From Candidatus Gottesmanbacteria bacterium (GTDB taxonomy: Bacteria; Patescibacteriota; Microgenomatia; UBA10105; UBA927): a stretch of 64,000 bases of DNA. Shown here piece by piece: positions 30,351 to 41,263 of the stretch (position 1 is the stretch's first letter; every line of letters begins with the position of its first letter). A program made the position numbers and the translations under genes. The stretch is taken from NCBI GenBank assembly GCA_963714095.1, contig OY970230.1, positions 468,084 through 532,083 on the forward strand, written 5' to 3'. The notes beneath the pieces were generated by a model that saw only the letters and a program-made list of their open reading frames with translations, ran no database searches and was not told the origin of the DNA.

Positions 30351-31757
30351 ATGGCCAAATTTTATATTACCTGTGCAATCCCCTACGTCAACGCCCCGCC
30401 GCATGTCGGGCATGCACTCGAGTTTGTCCAGGGAGATGTGATTGCGCGCTACCATGCATTACTCGGAGAGGAAACGAGATTACTTTCCGGAGGAGATGAA
30501 AATGCTTTAAAAAACGTGCAGGCTGCGGAAAAAGCGGGCATACCGCTCAAAAAATTTATCGATATCAACACGCAAAAATTTCTTGAATTAACAAATGCGT
30601 TAGGATGCCGATTTGACATCTGGCAAAAAGGAAGCGACACAAAACATCATTACGCTGCTTCGCAGCAACTCTGGGAACTGTGTAAAAAGGATATTTTCAA
30701 AAAATCCTATGAAGGGCTCTATTGCATCGGGTGTGAACAGTTTTATACGAAGGACGAACTGGACGGCAACGGAGAATGTTTTGAACATCCCGGTAAAAAA
30801 CTGGAAATGGTCAAAGAAGAAAATTATTTTTTCCGGCTCTCTGAGTACCGGGAACAATTAATCAAACTTATTTCCGATGATACGATAAAAATTATTCCGG
30901 ATTTCAGAAAAAACGAGATGCTGTCATTTCTCAAACAGCCGCTGTTGGATATAAGCATTTCCAGAAGCAACGAGCGCGCCAAAAACTGGGGCGTACCGGT
31001 ACCGGGCGACAGCTCGCAGCGCATGTACGTATGGTTTGACGCACTCAATATTTATCAGAGCGGCATCGGGTTCGGATGGGACCAAAAACAGTATGAAAAA
31101 TGGTGGCCGGCAGATGTGCATGTGATCGGTAAAGGTATTACCCGCTTCCACGCAATTTACTGGCCAGCATTCTTATTATCCGCGGGACTCAAACTCCCGA
31201 AAAGTATTTTCGTCCACGGATATTTTACAGTCAACGGTCAGAAAATGAGCAAAACCGTCGGGAACGTCATTGATCCGTTTGAAATTATTAAAAAATATGG
31301 GGCGGATGCCCTGCGGTATTATCTTCTTCGGGAAATCCCCTCCTCTGCCGACGGCGATTTTTCCGAAAAGAGATTTAAAGAATTATATAATGCGGATTTG
31401 GCAAACGGCATCGGAAATTTAACCGCCCGTATTGCAAAACTGTGTGAATTAAATCAAGTGACGGTTTCTGAAAAATCATTACCTCTATTTTCATCTACTG
31501 ACCATCTCGCTCATTATGAATTTCACTTGGCGTTGGAGGAATTGTGGAAAGATATTAAAAAACTTGACGTTGAAATAAATACGGATAAACCATGGGAAAC
31601 GAAAGACGCGGAAAAACTCAAACAATATGTAACTGAACTTAAAAAAATCGCCGTTGCCTTACAACCTTTTCTTCCCGGCACGGCACAAAAAATTCTTGAA
31701 CAGTTCAAAGGTCCAAAAATTACATCATCTGCTCCCCTGTTCCCGCGGCTCACCTAA
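30351..31757 (+). CDS. metG: Methionine-tRNA ligase
   Basis: IPYVNAPPHVGHA, YVWFDAL, KMSKT. Confidence 0.96.
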   Translation: MAKFYITCAIPYVNAPPHVGHALEFVQGDVIARYHALLGEETRLLSGGDENALKNVQAAEKAGIPLKKFIDINTQKFLELTNALGCRFDIWQKGSDTKHHYAASQQLWELCKKDIFKKSYEGLYCIGCEQFYTKDELDGNGECFEHPGKKLEMVKEENYFFRLSEYREQLIKLISDDTIKIIPDFRKNEMLSFLKQPLLDISISRSNERAKNWGVPVPGDSSQRMYVWFDALNIYQSGIGFGWDQKQYEKWWPADVHVIGKGITRFHAIYWPAFLLSAGLKLPKSIFVHGYFTVNGQKMSKTVGNVIDPFEIIKKYGADALRYYLLREIPSSADGDFSEKRFKELYNADLANGIGNLTARIAKLCELNQVTVSEKSLPLFSSTDHLAHYEFHLALEELWKDIKKLDVEINTDKPWETKDAEKLKQYVTELKKIAVALQPFLPGTAQKILEQFKGPKITSSAPLFPRLT

Positions 31758-31760
31758 CAT

Positions 31761-32537
31761 ATGTTTATCGATACCCATTGCCATCTCACATTTGCCGAAT
31801 ATGATCCGGACCGCGCAATGGTGATAGGCAATGCTAAAAAAGCCGGCGTAAAACAATGTATTTGTCCTGCTGTTGACCCGTTTTCTTCAAAACAAGTCGT
31901 GATACTTGCCCAAAAAAATCCAGGCGTAATCTTTGCAGCTATAGGATATCATCCATATGAAGCTCAGCATAATTCCGACGTCAAAACTCTGTACAAACTC
32001 TATGATGAGTATAAACAATATATCGTTGCCATCGGCGAAATAGGACTGGACTATCACCAATATAAAGGCGAGGAGGCGGCCGGGAAAAAACAAAATCAGA
32101 AAATCTTATTTGAAGAACAACTGCAACTGGCGCTGAAATATAACCTTCCGGTCATTATGCACTGCCGAGAAGCATTCGAGGATTTTTTTGCAGTTCTCGA
32201 TAATCTTTCTATCATGCCCCGCGGTGTCATCCATTGTTTTTCCGGAGGCTTGCAGGAAATCCGGTTCGCAAAATCCCATAATTTATATATCGGGATTGAC
32301 GGCAACGTCACATACAGTAAACAACTCCAGGCAACAGTTCCGAGTATTCCCCTTTCAACGCTGCTTCTGGAAACCGACGCACCGTATCTCACGCCGATCC
32401 CCCACCGCGGGCAGCGTAACGAGCCAAAATATATTCCGTTGATTGCAAACTGTATCGCCGCACTACAAAAAACCGACGCACGACTTATCGAAAAACAGAC
32501 AATGGATAACGCAAAGCGTCTATTTAACCTTTCATGA
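31761..32537 (+). CDS. tatD: TatD-family deoxyribonuclease
   Basis: IDTHCH, GEIGLDY, MHCREA, IHCFSG, ETDAPYL. Confidence 0.95.
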   Translation: MFIDTHCHLTFAEYDPDRAMVIGNAKKAGVKQCICPAVDPFSSKQVVILAQKNPGVIFAAIGYHPYEAQHNSDVKTLYKLYDEYKQYIVAIGEIGLDYHQYKGEEAAGKKQNQKILFEEQLQLALKYNLPVIMHCREAFEDFFAVLDNLSIMPRGVIHCFSGGLQEIRFAKSHNLYIGIDGNVTYSKQLQATVPSIPLSTLLLETDAPYLTPIPHRGQRNEPKYIPLIANCIAALQKTDARLIEKQTMDNAKRLFNLS

Positions 32538-33232
32538 AAATATCCATCGTCATTCCCGCCCTCAATGAAGCGACCTTGCTCCCATATACGCTTGACTCTA
32601 TTGGGATGCTTACAAGAAAACCAGATGAGATTATTGTTGTCGATAACGGATCGACGGATGATACTGCAGCAATAGCCAAATCATATGGAGCAAAAGTTAT
32701 TCATGTGGCAACCCGGGGCATAGGACTCACCCGCCAAGAAGGCCTGAAGAAATCCTCCGGCGATATCGTCGCCTACACCGATGCGGATACAACCGTGCCG
32801 GTTGACTGGCTCACAAAAATTGAAAAAGCTTTACGGAAACCCGGTGTCGTGGGTGTTTTCGGCACATATAAAATTCACCGGGGTCATTGGTTTTTTAAAC
32901 TACACATGAACCATTTGCAGGATCCTCTTGCGCGCCTGCTCTATTTCCTACACTTCCCTATGGTAGCCGGCGCAAACTTTGCATTTCTTCGAAAACCCGC
33001 AATAGCCGCAGGCGGATTTCCTATCAATTTTATGATGCTTGAAGAAAATGAAATGGCGCGCCGCCTTATGAAAAAAGGCAGGGTTGTGTATATGCCCAGC
33101 CTTGTTGTTGTCACATCTGGACGAAGAGGAGATGAGGGTTTAGGATTAATTGCACGGTACATGCGCGCGCTGTTTTTTTATATTTTTTTAAAACGCGGTG
33201 ACCTCGTCAGTTTTAAGGATATCCGCAGCTAA
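32534..33232 (+). CDS. Glycosyltransferase family 2
   Basis: SIVIPALNE, VDNGSTDDT, TDAD. Confidence 0.9.
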   Translation: MKISIVIPALNEATLLPYTLDSIGMLTRKPDEIIVVDNGSTDDTAAIAKSYGAKVIHVATRGIGLTRQEGLKKSSGDIVAYTDADTTVPVDWLTKIEKALRKPGVVGVFGTYKIHRGHWFFKLHMNHLQDPLARLLYFLHFPMVAGANFAFLRKPAIAAGGFPINFMMLEENEMARRLMKKGRVVYMPSLVVVTSGRRGDEGLGLIARYMRALFFYIFLKRGDLVSFKDIRS

Positions 33233-33307
33233 CCATAATCACATTTCTCTCTCAACCATTCCGTGGTATAATCAATAATCAGATTATAGGTCGTTTAGAT
33301 TGCTCGT

Positions 33308-34789
33308 ATGCGCCAAATTTTTTCCCTATATCCCAACAAAACCCAGCGGCTTTTGGAAATACTTATCCCGAGTCTATCTTGGATGCTTATCACCATGCCA
33401 CTCTGGCTTTCTTTCTGGCATCCGGCTCTGGTGGCCTACCTTATTATCACATTTGATATTTACTGGTTTTATAAATCGTTTACCCTCGCCATTAACTCCG
33501 TCAAATCATTTATTACGCTCAATGCGCACGTCAAAATTGATTGGCTGGCGCTTGCCAGCCCGCTGCCTAATTTTGATTCGCTCCATCATGTTATTATCAT
33601 CCCTGAATTTCATGAACCTCTGCATATTCTCCAACGGACACTCGATAACCTGACAAAGCAGGATTTTCCGAAAGAAAGAATCATCGTTGTGTTGGCAACG
33701 GAAGAAAAAGATCCTGATGCCAAAATAAACGGAAAAATTCTGAAAGATGAATACGGCAACCGATTCGGTCATTTTCTGATGACCAGACATGTCCTTCATG
33801 CCGGCGAGGTGGCGGGAAAATCCAGCAATATGGCGTGGGCGGGTCGACGGGTGGTCAACCAAATGAAACACTGGAATATTTCTCCGGAAAATACAACCGT
33901 TACCTCATGCGACGCCGATGCTCTTCTCCATCCAAAATACCTTTCCTATTTATCCCACGAATTCCTCACTGATCCAATCCGCGAAAAACATATCTACCAA
34001 GGTGCTATCTTGTTTTATTCCAATATCTGGCGCATCCCGCTTCCGGGACGTGTTCTGAACACAATTTATAGCATCTCCAACCTGGCAATATTGAATGAAC
34101 ATCGGCGTCTAATGAATTTCTCTACGTATTCATTGTCGCTGGCTACGGCGATCAAGGCCGGTTATTGGGCGGTTGACGTCATACCTGAGGATTATCATCT
34201 CTTTTTCAAAGTATATTTTCTCTACGGAGAAGCAGTAAGTACAAAAAGTATTTTCCTTCCGATTCTTGTGGATGCAGCCGAGTCCCACGGATTCTGGCGC
34301 ACCATGGTCAATCAATATGAACAGTCCAAACGGTGGGCGTGGGGCATTTCGGACATCCCATTCGTCATCCGTAATATATTCATCCATAAGGAAATCCCTC
34401 TATGGGACAGACTGCGACGGTTGCTTCTCCTCATGGAACAACACGTATTTTGGTCCTCAAATTGGTTTATTTTAACGCTCGGAAGTACCATTCCCCCCAT
34501 CATTAACCCTGCGTTCGGACGCACGGTTTTGGGACATAATCTCGCACAGTTGTCCTCCGGCATTCTTACCCTTGCGATGGGATTTTTGCTTGTCGTCCTT
34601 ATCATCGACTGGCGCACAAAACCGCCCCGGCCGAAAGATTTTAAAGCGTGGCACCTGCCGTTTCTCTATATCCAGTGGCTTACACTCCCTATTGTGTCAT
34701 TCTTTTTATCAGCGCTTCCCGGCCTGGACGCCCATACGCGGCTCCTGTTGGGAAAACGATTGGAATATCGTGTAACGGAAAAGGTATAA
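33308..34789 (+). CDS. Multi-TM GT2-family glycosyltransferase (processive-type motifs)
   Basis: GKSSN, DAD, PED, QSKRWAWG (QxxRW) with flanking TM helices. Confidence 0.85.
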   Translation: MRQIFSLYPNKTQRLLEILIPSLSWMLITMPLWLSFWHPALVAYLIITFDIYWFYKSFTLAINSVKSFITLNAHVKIDWLALASPLPNFDSLHHVIIIPEFHEPLHILQRTLDNLTKQDFPKERIIVVLATEEKDPDAKINGKILKDEYGNRFGHFLMTRHVLHAGEVAGKSSNMAWAGRRVVNQMKHWNISPENTTVTSCDADALLHPKYLSYLSHEFLTDPIREKHIYQGAILFYSNIWRIPLPGRVLNTIYSISNLAILNEHRRLMNFSTYSLSLATAIKAGYWAVDVIPEDYHLFFKVYFLYGEAVSTKSIFLPILVDAAESHGFWRTMVNQYEQSKRWAWGISDIPFVIRNIFIHKEIPLWDRLRRLLLLMEQHVFWSSNWFILTLGSTIPPIINPAFGRTVLGHNLAQLSSGILTLAMGFLLVVLIIDWRTKPPRPKDFKAWHLPFLYIQWLTLPIVSFFLSALPGLDAHTRLLLGKRLEYRVTEKV

Positions 34790-34798
34790 TGAAACAGT

Positions 34799-36118
34799 AT
34801 GCTTCAATTTCTCTTCCAACATACACCGCTTCTTTATTTTACTCAAAGCGTATGGAGAGATGAAGCATTTTCGGTCCTCATAGCCATCCGACCCATTTCA
34901 TTTATCGTCACCCACGTCAGTTTTGAGCCTCCGTTTTACTACATTCTCCTGCACTTCTGGATCAAAATTTTCGGTCAAAGTGAAATCGCCCTCCGAAGTC
35001 TTTCACTGGCGGCGTTTGCACTGGCGACTGCTATCGTCATCGCGTGGTCCGAAAAACTATTCCGCAAACACTGGCTCTCCTGGTGGCTGCCGATATTTTT
35101 CTTTTTCAATCCGATGCTTCTGTATTACGGCATGGAGGGACGAACCTACGGCTGGTATATCTTGTTTGCAACTCTTTCTCTTTGGGCATATACCGAACGG
35201 CGATGGGTACTCTTTACTTTCGCAACTATTCTGGGATTCTATACACACAGTTATTTCCTCATCGTACCATTTGCGCAGTGTGCCCATTATCTCTTCTCCC
35301 ATAAAAAAGAGCTGTTCCACCATGGACCCAAAATACTATTCAGGGATCCGTTTATCCGCGCGGGTATCGTAGCTGCGGTCTTCATCGCCCCGTGGTTCGT
35401 TGTCCTGGTTCACGAAGCGTCCATATTTAAACAATTGTGGTATTTTCCGGTGGACGCCAATCTTGTTGGTTCCGTATTGGGCAATTTATTTCTCGGATAT
35501 GAAGGTACTCCGTGGTATCTTTGGACATTTACGAAAATACTTTCCTTTCTCATTCTCGGTTTTAGCTTCTTTGCACTCAGGTCCAAAAAAAATCGTACAA
35601 CAGTATGGCTGCTCCTTGCGCAAATGTACCTCCCTCTCATCATCGTCATCGGTATTTCTTTTTTCAAACCCCTCTATGTCAACCGTTACGTTATTCCTGT
35701 AAGTATAGCGGAAGTATTTATCATTACTCTTGCAATATTCCGTATACAAAACGCTACTGTACAAAAAATAATTGCTGGTTTGTTCTTGTTGTTTATACTC
35801 GTATTCAATATCTGGTATCCCGATAAACACGCAAAATTGGACATCCGCACGACTCTCCAACAAATCAATGCTGTCAAAACAAAAACTGATGTCGTGATGG
35901 CTGACAATCCGCTTGTCTTTTTTGAAACGATCTATTACAGTACGGACAGAAACCGTGTCTTTCTTTACAACCCTGATAACAATCCTTTCCCGTGGTATGT
36001 CGGAGGCGTACTCATTTCCCCGTCCCAAATGGTTGCCACATACCCACCTTACCCCATCCGCGCGTTTATTGTACATACCAACGGAACGTTTGATGTTGTT
36101 TTCCGAAGGGCACTATGA
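34799..36118 (+). CDS. GT-C (PMT/ArnT-like) membrane glycosyltransferase
   Basis: WRDEAFS, PPFYY, LRSLS, EGRTY, YTH; about 11 TM helices. Confidence 0.85.
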   Translation: MLQFLFQHTPLLYFTQSVWRDEAFSVLIAIRPISFIVTHVSFEPPFYYILLHFWIKIFGQSEIALRSLSLAAFALATAIVIAWSEKLFRKHWLSWWLPIFFFFNPMLLYYGMEGRTYGWYILFATLSLWAYTERRWVLFTFATILGFYTHSYFLIVPFAQCAHYLFSHKKELFHHGPKILFRDPFIRAGIVAAVFIAPWFVVLVHEASIFKQLWYFPVDANLVGSVLGNLFLGYEGTPWYLWTFTKILSFLILGFSFFALRSKKNRTTVWLLLAQMYLPLIIVIGISFFKPLYVNRYVIPVSIAEVFIITLAIFRIQNATVQKIIAGLFLLFILVFNIWYPDKHAKLDIRTTLQQINAVKTKTDVVMADNPLVFFETIYYSTDRNRVFLYNPDNNPFPWYVGGVLISPSQMVATYPPYPIRAFIVHTNGTFDVVFRRAL

Positions 36119-36507
36119 ATATATTCCCGCACTTTCCAAACCAAACTCATCAGGACACATCCTCATGGAATGTCATAAGAAATAATTGGCTCATCAGCAT
36201 TGTGCATAAATTTGTCATTATTCTTTTTATTCTGTCCGTGGGTTTTCTTATATGGAGGTTTCCGGTGCTCCCGCCTGAGGTACCTCTCTGGTTCTCACGC
36301 CCGTGGGGAGCAGATCAGCTGGCATCCCCCTATTGGCTCGCACTACTGCCGGTAACCAGTTTTATCTGGTACGGCATCGACCTGGTGATCGGCAAGTATA
36401 TTACGGCGGAATATCTTATCTTCACACAAATGCTATTTTTATCATCGCTTATCGTAAGTATCCTTTCATTCATAACAATTATAAAAATTTTGTTTCTTGT
36501 ATCCTAA
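36115..36507 (+). CDS. Three-TM membrane protein (DUF1648-like)
   Basis: LPPEVPLWFSRPWG loop after first TM. Confidence 0.6.
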   Translation: MNIFPHFPNQTHQDTSSWNVIRNNWLISIVHKFVIILFILSVGFLIWRFPVLPPEVPLWFSRPWGADQLASPYWLALLPVTSFIWYGIDLVIGKYITAEYLIFTQMLFLSSLIVSILSFITIIKILFLVS

Positions 36508-36511
36508 AACT

Positions 36512-37594
36512 GTGAATATCATCGTGCCGTTTGTTATTGCGATACTTGCTACCCTTACGGTAACCCCTTTTGTCATCAATATCGCTAAGGCACTGAAGCT
36601 CGTGGATAATCCGAAGTTACGATATCATCCCGCTCACACCCATAAAGGAATCGTCCCGCGCGCCGGAGGACTTGCCATCTTCATTGGACTCGCGGTAGCG
36701 ATTGCCCTTTTTATCCCGATGACCAAACTCTATATCGGCATTCTTGCAGGTGCAACACTCCTCGTTGTTGTCGGGCTCGTGGATGATCGGAAAGACATCA
36801 GCCCATATATCCGTCTCACCACCAACGCTATTGCCGCAATCATTATGGTAGGAGCCGGCGCAGGCATCCCGTATATCACCAATCCGTTAAACGGCGGCAT
36901 TATCCATTTAGATACCCTCCGCATAACATTTTCTTTTTTTGGCCCGCATTCTATTTTAGTCTGGGCGGACCTCTTAGCATTCGTCTGGATATTATGGACC
37001 ATGAATATCGTAGGCTGGTCTGCCGGTGTTGACGGCCAAATGCCGGGTTTTGTCGCTATTGCAGCGCTCACGCTGGGATTTCTGTCGCTGAGATTCACTA
37101 TGAAAGACCCCAGTCAGGAACCCATTACCATCCTTGCATTTATCGTAGCCGGAGTATTTACAGGATTCATTCCGTGGAACTTTTATCCTCAAAAAATTAT
37201 GCCGGGGTATGGCGGTAAAACGCTGGCAGGATTTTTATTGGCCATACTGGGTATTTTATCCTACGGTAAATTAGGAACCGCACTGCTGGTATTGGGTATG
37301 CCGACAACGGATGCCCTCTATACGCTCCTCCGTCGGATCGGAACAAAAAAATCGCCGGTACTGGCCGACCGCGGACATCTCCATCACCGGCTCCTTGATA
37401 TCGGGTGGGGAAAACGCCGGATCGCCTTGTTTTACTGGGGTGTGTCGGCTATACTGGGGATAATTGCGCTCACCGTAACAAGCAAACAAAAAGTGTTTGC
37501 GATGCTTTTAATTGCTGCAGCGGTGGGAGCTTTCCTGATATGGGTTCAATTCTTTACGCAATTCTCAAAGCCGCAAGACCCAGACAATGGGTAA
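36512..37594 (+). CDS. WecA/TagO/MraY-family undecaprenyl-phosphate sugar-1-phosphate transferase
   Basis: PRAGGLAI, GLVDD, GVDG, WNFYPQKI, DRGHLHHRLL. Confidence 0.9.
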   Translation: MNIIVPFVIAILATLTVTPFVINIAKALKLVDNPKLRYHPAHTHKGIVPRAGGLAIFIGLAVAIALFIPMTKLYIGILAGATLLVVVGLVDDRKDISPYIRLTTNAIAAIIMVGAGAGIPYITNPLNGGIIHLDTLRITFSFFGPHSILVWADLLAFVWILWTMNIVGWSAGVDGQMPGFVAIAALTLGFLSLRFTMKDPSQEPITILAFIVAGVFTGFIPWNFYPQKIMPGYGGKTLAGFLLAILGILSYGKLGTALLVLGMPTTDALYTLLRRIGTKKSPVLADRGHLHHRLLDIGWGKRRIALFYWGVSAILGIIALTVTSKQKVFAMLLIAAAVGAFLIWVQFFTQFSKPQDPDNG

Positions 37595-38478
37595 AAAACC
37601 TCGCGCTTTTCACGACGATTCTGTTTACGGGAAATTTTTTCAACCAGCATGCGCTGACGCAAACCATTATTGCGTTCATCGCTTTTTGCCTATTATCATC
37701 TTCCAACTACATTTTTAATGATATATTGGATGCGCCGCATGACCGGAAACACCCGTTCAAAAAATTCCGTCCGATCGCAAGCGGCAAACTCTCAATCCCT
37801 GTTGCTGCAGGGACATCGATCGTTTTGGGGGCTGTAGGACTTGTCATAAGTCATACGGTTTCCAGCTCCTTTTTCGTCATCTCCATCGCGTTTGCCATCC
37901 TGCAGTATTCCTATACGTTATTTCTTAAACAAATAAGCGTCATCGATATTCTCACCATTACCACAGCGTATTTCTTACGCGTGTATGCGGGTGAAGCTGC
38001 CACCGGCTATCACATATCTGTGTGGCTGGCACTCGCGGCTCTGTCACTGGCACTTTTTCTGGCCATCGGAAAACGGCGGGCAGAACTTACCCTTCTGCAA
38101 AAATACGAGGGTGTCGTCCCCAGGGACACGCGGGAAACCCTTTCCCACTATTCGGAAAAACTTTTAGATACGTATACCGCCATGTTTGCCAACAGTACGT
38201 TTATCACCTACGCGTTCTACACATTTTTGGAGCGGCCGCCCAATCAGGGACTTTTATTCAAAAACTATTACGATTTTACACTCGACATTTCCGGCCGCAA
38301 ATGGCTCATGATTTCCATCCCGTTTGTCCTTTTCGGTATTATGCGGTATATGGAGCTGATTTATGAAGGAAAAGGTGAGTCGCCGGAAAAAATTCTTATG
38401 TCCGATCTGCCGCTCCTGACAACCGTTATTTTATGGACGCTTTCCATCTTCGTCGTAGTGTACGTCATTGGGGGATAA
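37540..38478 (+). CDS. UbiA-family polyprenyl-phosphate phosphoribosyltransferase-like protein
   Basis: RPRQWVKNL, YIFNDILDAPHDRKHPFKKFRPIASG, GKRRAEL, GESPE. Confidence 0.85.
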   Translation: MGSILYAILKAARPRQWVKNLALFTTILFTGNFFNQHALTQTIIAFIAFCLLSSSNYIFNDILDAPHDRKHPFKKFRPIASGKLSIPVAAGTSIVLGAVGLVISHTVSSSFFVISIAFAILQYSYTLFLKQISVIDILTITTAYFLRVYAGEAATGYHISVWLALAALSLALFLAIGKRRAELTLLQKYEGVVPRDTRETLSHYSEKLLDTYTAMFANSTFITYAFYTFLERPPNQGLLFKNYYDFTLDISGRKWLMISIPFVLFGIMRYMELIYEGKGESPEKILMSDLPLLTTVILWTLSIFVVVYVIGG

Positions 38479-39351
38479 CTATTCCACTTTATCAACGTAT
38501 TGTCCAGACACCCAACCGGTATTTGTCCCGTCATAACGGATTTCGTACCAACCGTTTTGCGTGTCCAAAATTGTAAATTTATCTCCAGGATTAATACGCG
38601 CCGCCTCAGTCGCACTGACAGATGGATCCATACGTACGCGCAAAAACCCGGTCGGCGTATCTTTAACAACGAGATACGGCTTATCCGGATTAGCTTGCGC
38701 GGATGATGACGCTGTTTTCGGCCCGCCAGTCGGCGAGGCAAGCGTCGGCGAGGAACTGGCTACAGGAGCCTGCCCGCCGGAAGAAAGCCCTAATTTCATT
38801 GTAGTAATAAGTCTGTATCCCGCCGTCGTGCGAATCTTCAGCGTCCGGGTAAGAAACCCGGCGCTGGTTACCGTTACCGTATGATCCCCGGGAGTAATGT
38901 CGGAAATGGAAATCGGCGTTACTCCCCGCGTCACATCATCCACTAATACGCTTGCACCGTCAGGATTGGTTGTCACGGATAACTCCGATTGCTTACTGGA
39001 TATTTTTTCAAGCCAAAGAATATCCACGGCGGAAGACAGATCCGAATCAGTAAGATCCGCATTGACGTACGTTAAAAGATTTGGTCCTACAACGATATTC
39101 CCCTCCCAACTAGCAAGCTGAGTTGTAGTCGAATCCGGGACAAGTTTAATCGTGAAGCTACCGGCGCCCACTTTATCCTGAAACGGGGTACGCCCGAGGC
39201 TCTTATTATCCAAAAATATTGAAGCTGCAGGATTACTGTCGACACGAAGTTCTCCCTGTTTCGGACCCTGGTTGGTGAGAAATTTAACGGCCAATGCAAC
39301 TGCCCCAACCAGACCCAGAAGAATGAGAATAAAAACGATTTTACGCTTCAT
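38479..39351 (-). CDS. Membrane-anchored PEGA-repeat protein with C-terminal SH3b domain
   Basis: SNPAASIFLD..LGRTP, TNPDGASVLVD..GVTP; LRVR...NGWYEI...GWVSGQYV. Confidence 0.85.
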   Translation of the reverse strand: MKRKIVFILILLGLVGAVALAVKFLTNQGPKQGELRVDSNPAASIFLDNKSLGRTPFQDKVGAGSFTIKLVPDSTTTQLASWEGNIVVGPNLLTYVNADLTDSDLSSAVDILWLEKISSKQSELSVTTNPDGASVLVDDVTRGVTPISISDITPGDHTVTVTSAGFLTRTLKIRTTAGYRLITTMKLGLSSGGQAPVASSSPTLASPTGGPKTASSSAQANPDKPYLVVKDTPTGFLRVRMDPSVSATEAARINPGDKFTILDTQNGWYEIRYDGTNTGWVSGQYVDKVE

Positions 39352-39396
39352 TACCTTACGATCATAGCACACCAACACAATTTTGGGCAACCGAAG

Positions 39397-40263
39397 CTAT
39401 GTGGATAATCGCAGTGCCGCAACCAGCATAACCCCTGCGGCGGCAAAGCGGATGGCATAGGTTTTCATCGTATGCCTCTCCAGTAAGGTTGGGGCAAATA
39501 CTGCAAAAAGAAACGCCATTACCATGGCAAACGGCAGGGATAAAATCGTTGCAGCAATGCCGACAGTTCCTACATATGATTTATTTGCAGCCAGCGTCCC
39601 GATGGTTCCTGCAATAGACATCAAAGACAATGCTTCGACTTGAGTTTTTGATATTTTTTTCAAATCCTTACCGAATTTCGGCCACGTGAGAGCTAACATC
39701 CCCTGAGCAACTATGGCTATCCACACCGTCGTTTCCCAGAATCCGTTTTGAGACAGCGCTTTATTGACGTAGGTACCGTAAAACGCCACTATCACCATCT
39801 CAATCAACGCAATAAGAATCGGTATCCGGAAAAACGACCGCAGCTTAAAATGCTCATCAAAACTCACAAATAATCCTGCGATAAAAATGATTCCGATCAG
39901 CACATATTGTTGAGTTGTAAGGAATTGGTGTAATAGCCACACACCCAACAACACGCTGAATACCGTCCGGAAATTAAACAGCGGCGACAGCACGGAAACA
40001 TCCAAAAGGAATATAGCCCACGTATAAAACACGCCGGACAATGCATAAAAAAGCGCCGCAATGATAATATTTCCCCACGAAGAGGGCATGCCGACGTGAT
40101 TCACAAGAGCTATGGGGATTGTAAACAGCATAATGATCCCGTTCCAGACAAAATTAAACAGCCAGGGATTCTTGATCGAATGTTTACTGGTGAGTTTACC
40201 AAACACTTCCTCAACACCCAGCAGAAACGCCGCGAGCCATGCAAACAGAATATATGAGTTCAT
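39397..40263 (-). CDS. EamA/DMT-family transporter
   Basis: About 10 TM helices in two repeats, DVSVLSPL motif. Confidence 0.75.
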   Translation of the reverse strand: MNSYILFAWLAAFLLGVEEVFGKLTSKHSIKNPWLFNFVWNGIIMLFTIPIALVNHVGMPSSWGNIIIAALFYALSGVFYTWAIFLLDVSVLSPLFNFRTVFSVLLGVWLLHQFLTTQQYVLIGIIFIAGLFVSFDEHFKLRSFFRIPILIALIEMVIVAFYGTYVNKALSQNGFWETTVWIAIVAQGMLALTWPKFGKDLKKISKTQVEALSLMSIAGTIGTLAANKSYVGTVGIAATILSLPFAMVMAFLFAVFAPTLLERHTMKTYAIRFAAAGVMLVAALRLST

Positions 40264-40694
40264 TATAATTCCTTGCCCATCCACCGGAAGAGATAGCCTT
40301 TTTTGAAACCCTGTTTATGATAGAATTTCTGGATATCCGTATCCGCCTCTTTAACCAACAATGAACATTCGCAATGTTTTTGCTTCTTCAGTGCTTCCTG
40401 CATTTTAGTTAATAATGCCGTCCCCACACCTTTACTACGGTACTCCTTGACGACATACAGCGAAGAAAAATACGCCCAACCGCGCATCCCGTGGACAAGA
40501 CACATGCCAACTAGTTTCCTCCCGTCCCGTGCAACGAGAATGGTGTCTTCCGCGGGGTGTGCAATCCACTGCCGGAGTAATCGGGGAGAATACCACTGGT
40601 CGTCTTCACAATCCCGCAGTGCTGCATTTTCCTTGCCCCATTTGGCCATAAGCGGCGCATCGGATAGCCTGGGCTTCGTGATAGTAATATGCAT
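40263..40694 (-). CDS. GNAT-family N-acetyltransferase
   Basis: LYVVKEYRSKGVGTALL, KFYHKQGF. Confidence 0.9.
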   Translation of the reverse strand: MHITITKPRLSDAPLMAKWGKENAALRDCEDDQWYSPRLLRQWIAHPAEDTILVARDGRKLVGMCLVHGMRGWAYFSSLYVVKEYRSKGVGTALLTKMQEALKKQKHCECSLLVKEADTDIQKFYHKQGFKKGYLFRWMGKEL

Positions 40695-40762
40695 ACAGAT
40701 ACCCTCAATGGTACCATAAATCGTGGTCGGATGAAAAACAGGTGAACCAGTATAATACGGTT

Positions 40763-41263
40763 ATGGACATACTCTATCACGGAATAATAGGGGTTACCGT
40801 TGCTAAAATCATGGGAAGTCCGGACGTGCTGCCTGCCGCAATCGCGGCCATAGCACCGGATATCGCGGGTATTATTCCCTTTTATTACTTTAAAGTAAAA
40901 AATGCACCAAAAACTTCCGTTCACACTTTTATCCGCTCACTATGGACAACAACAAATTCAAACAAATTTGATAACCAAATTGACCGGGGAACGTATCAGT
41001 TTTTTCACTCAATCATTGCCGTACCAATTACGGCGTTGGTTGGATATTATCTCTATCCCGCATCATGGATGGTTCTCAGTATTGCGTACTTCTCCCACAT
41101 CTTCATAGACATCCCGACCCACGGCGGGGATTTCGCCACACAATTCCTCTACCCGTTTTCAACGATCCATTATGAAGGAAAAAATTGGGCGAAGCATCCT
41201 ATGGAGTTTCTCCTCTTTTGGGCAGCGCTGGTCGCTATTCTTTTTGCCTTCCGCGTAATGTAA
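40763..41263 (+). CDS. Membrane-bound metal-dependent hydrolase-like protein (YdjM-like)
   Basis: H near N-terminus, APDI, FHS, SHIFIDIPTH, LYPFS. Confidence 0.7.
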   Translation: MDILYHGIIGVTVAKIMGSPDVLPAAIAAIAPDIAGIIPFYYFKVKNAPKTSVHTFIRSLWTTTNSNKFDNQIDRGTYQFFHSIIAVPITALVGYYLYPASWMVLSIAYFSHIFIDIPTHGGDFATQFLYPFSTIHYEGKNWAKHPMEFLLFWAALVAILFAFRVM

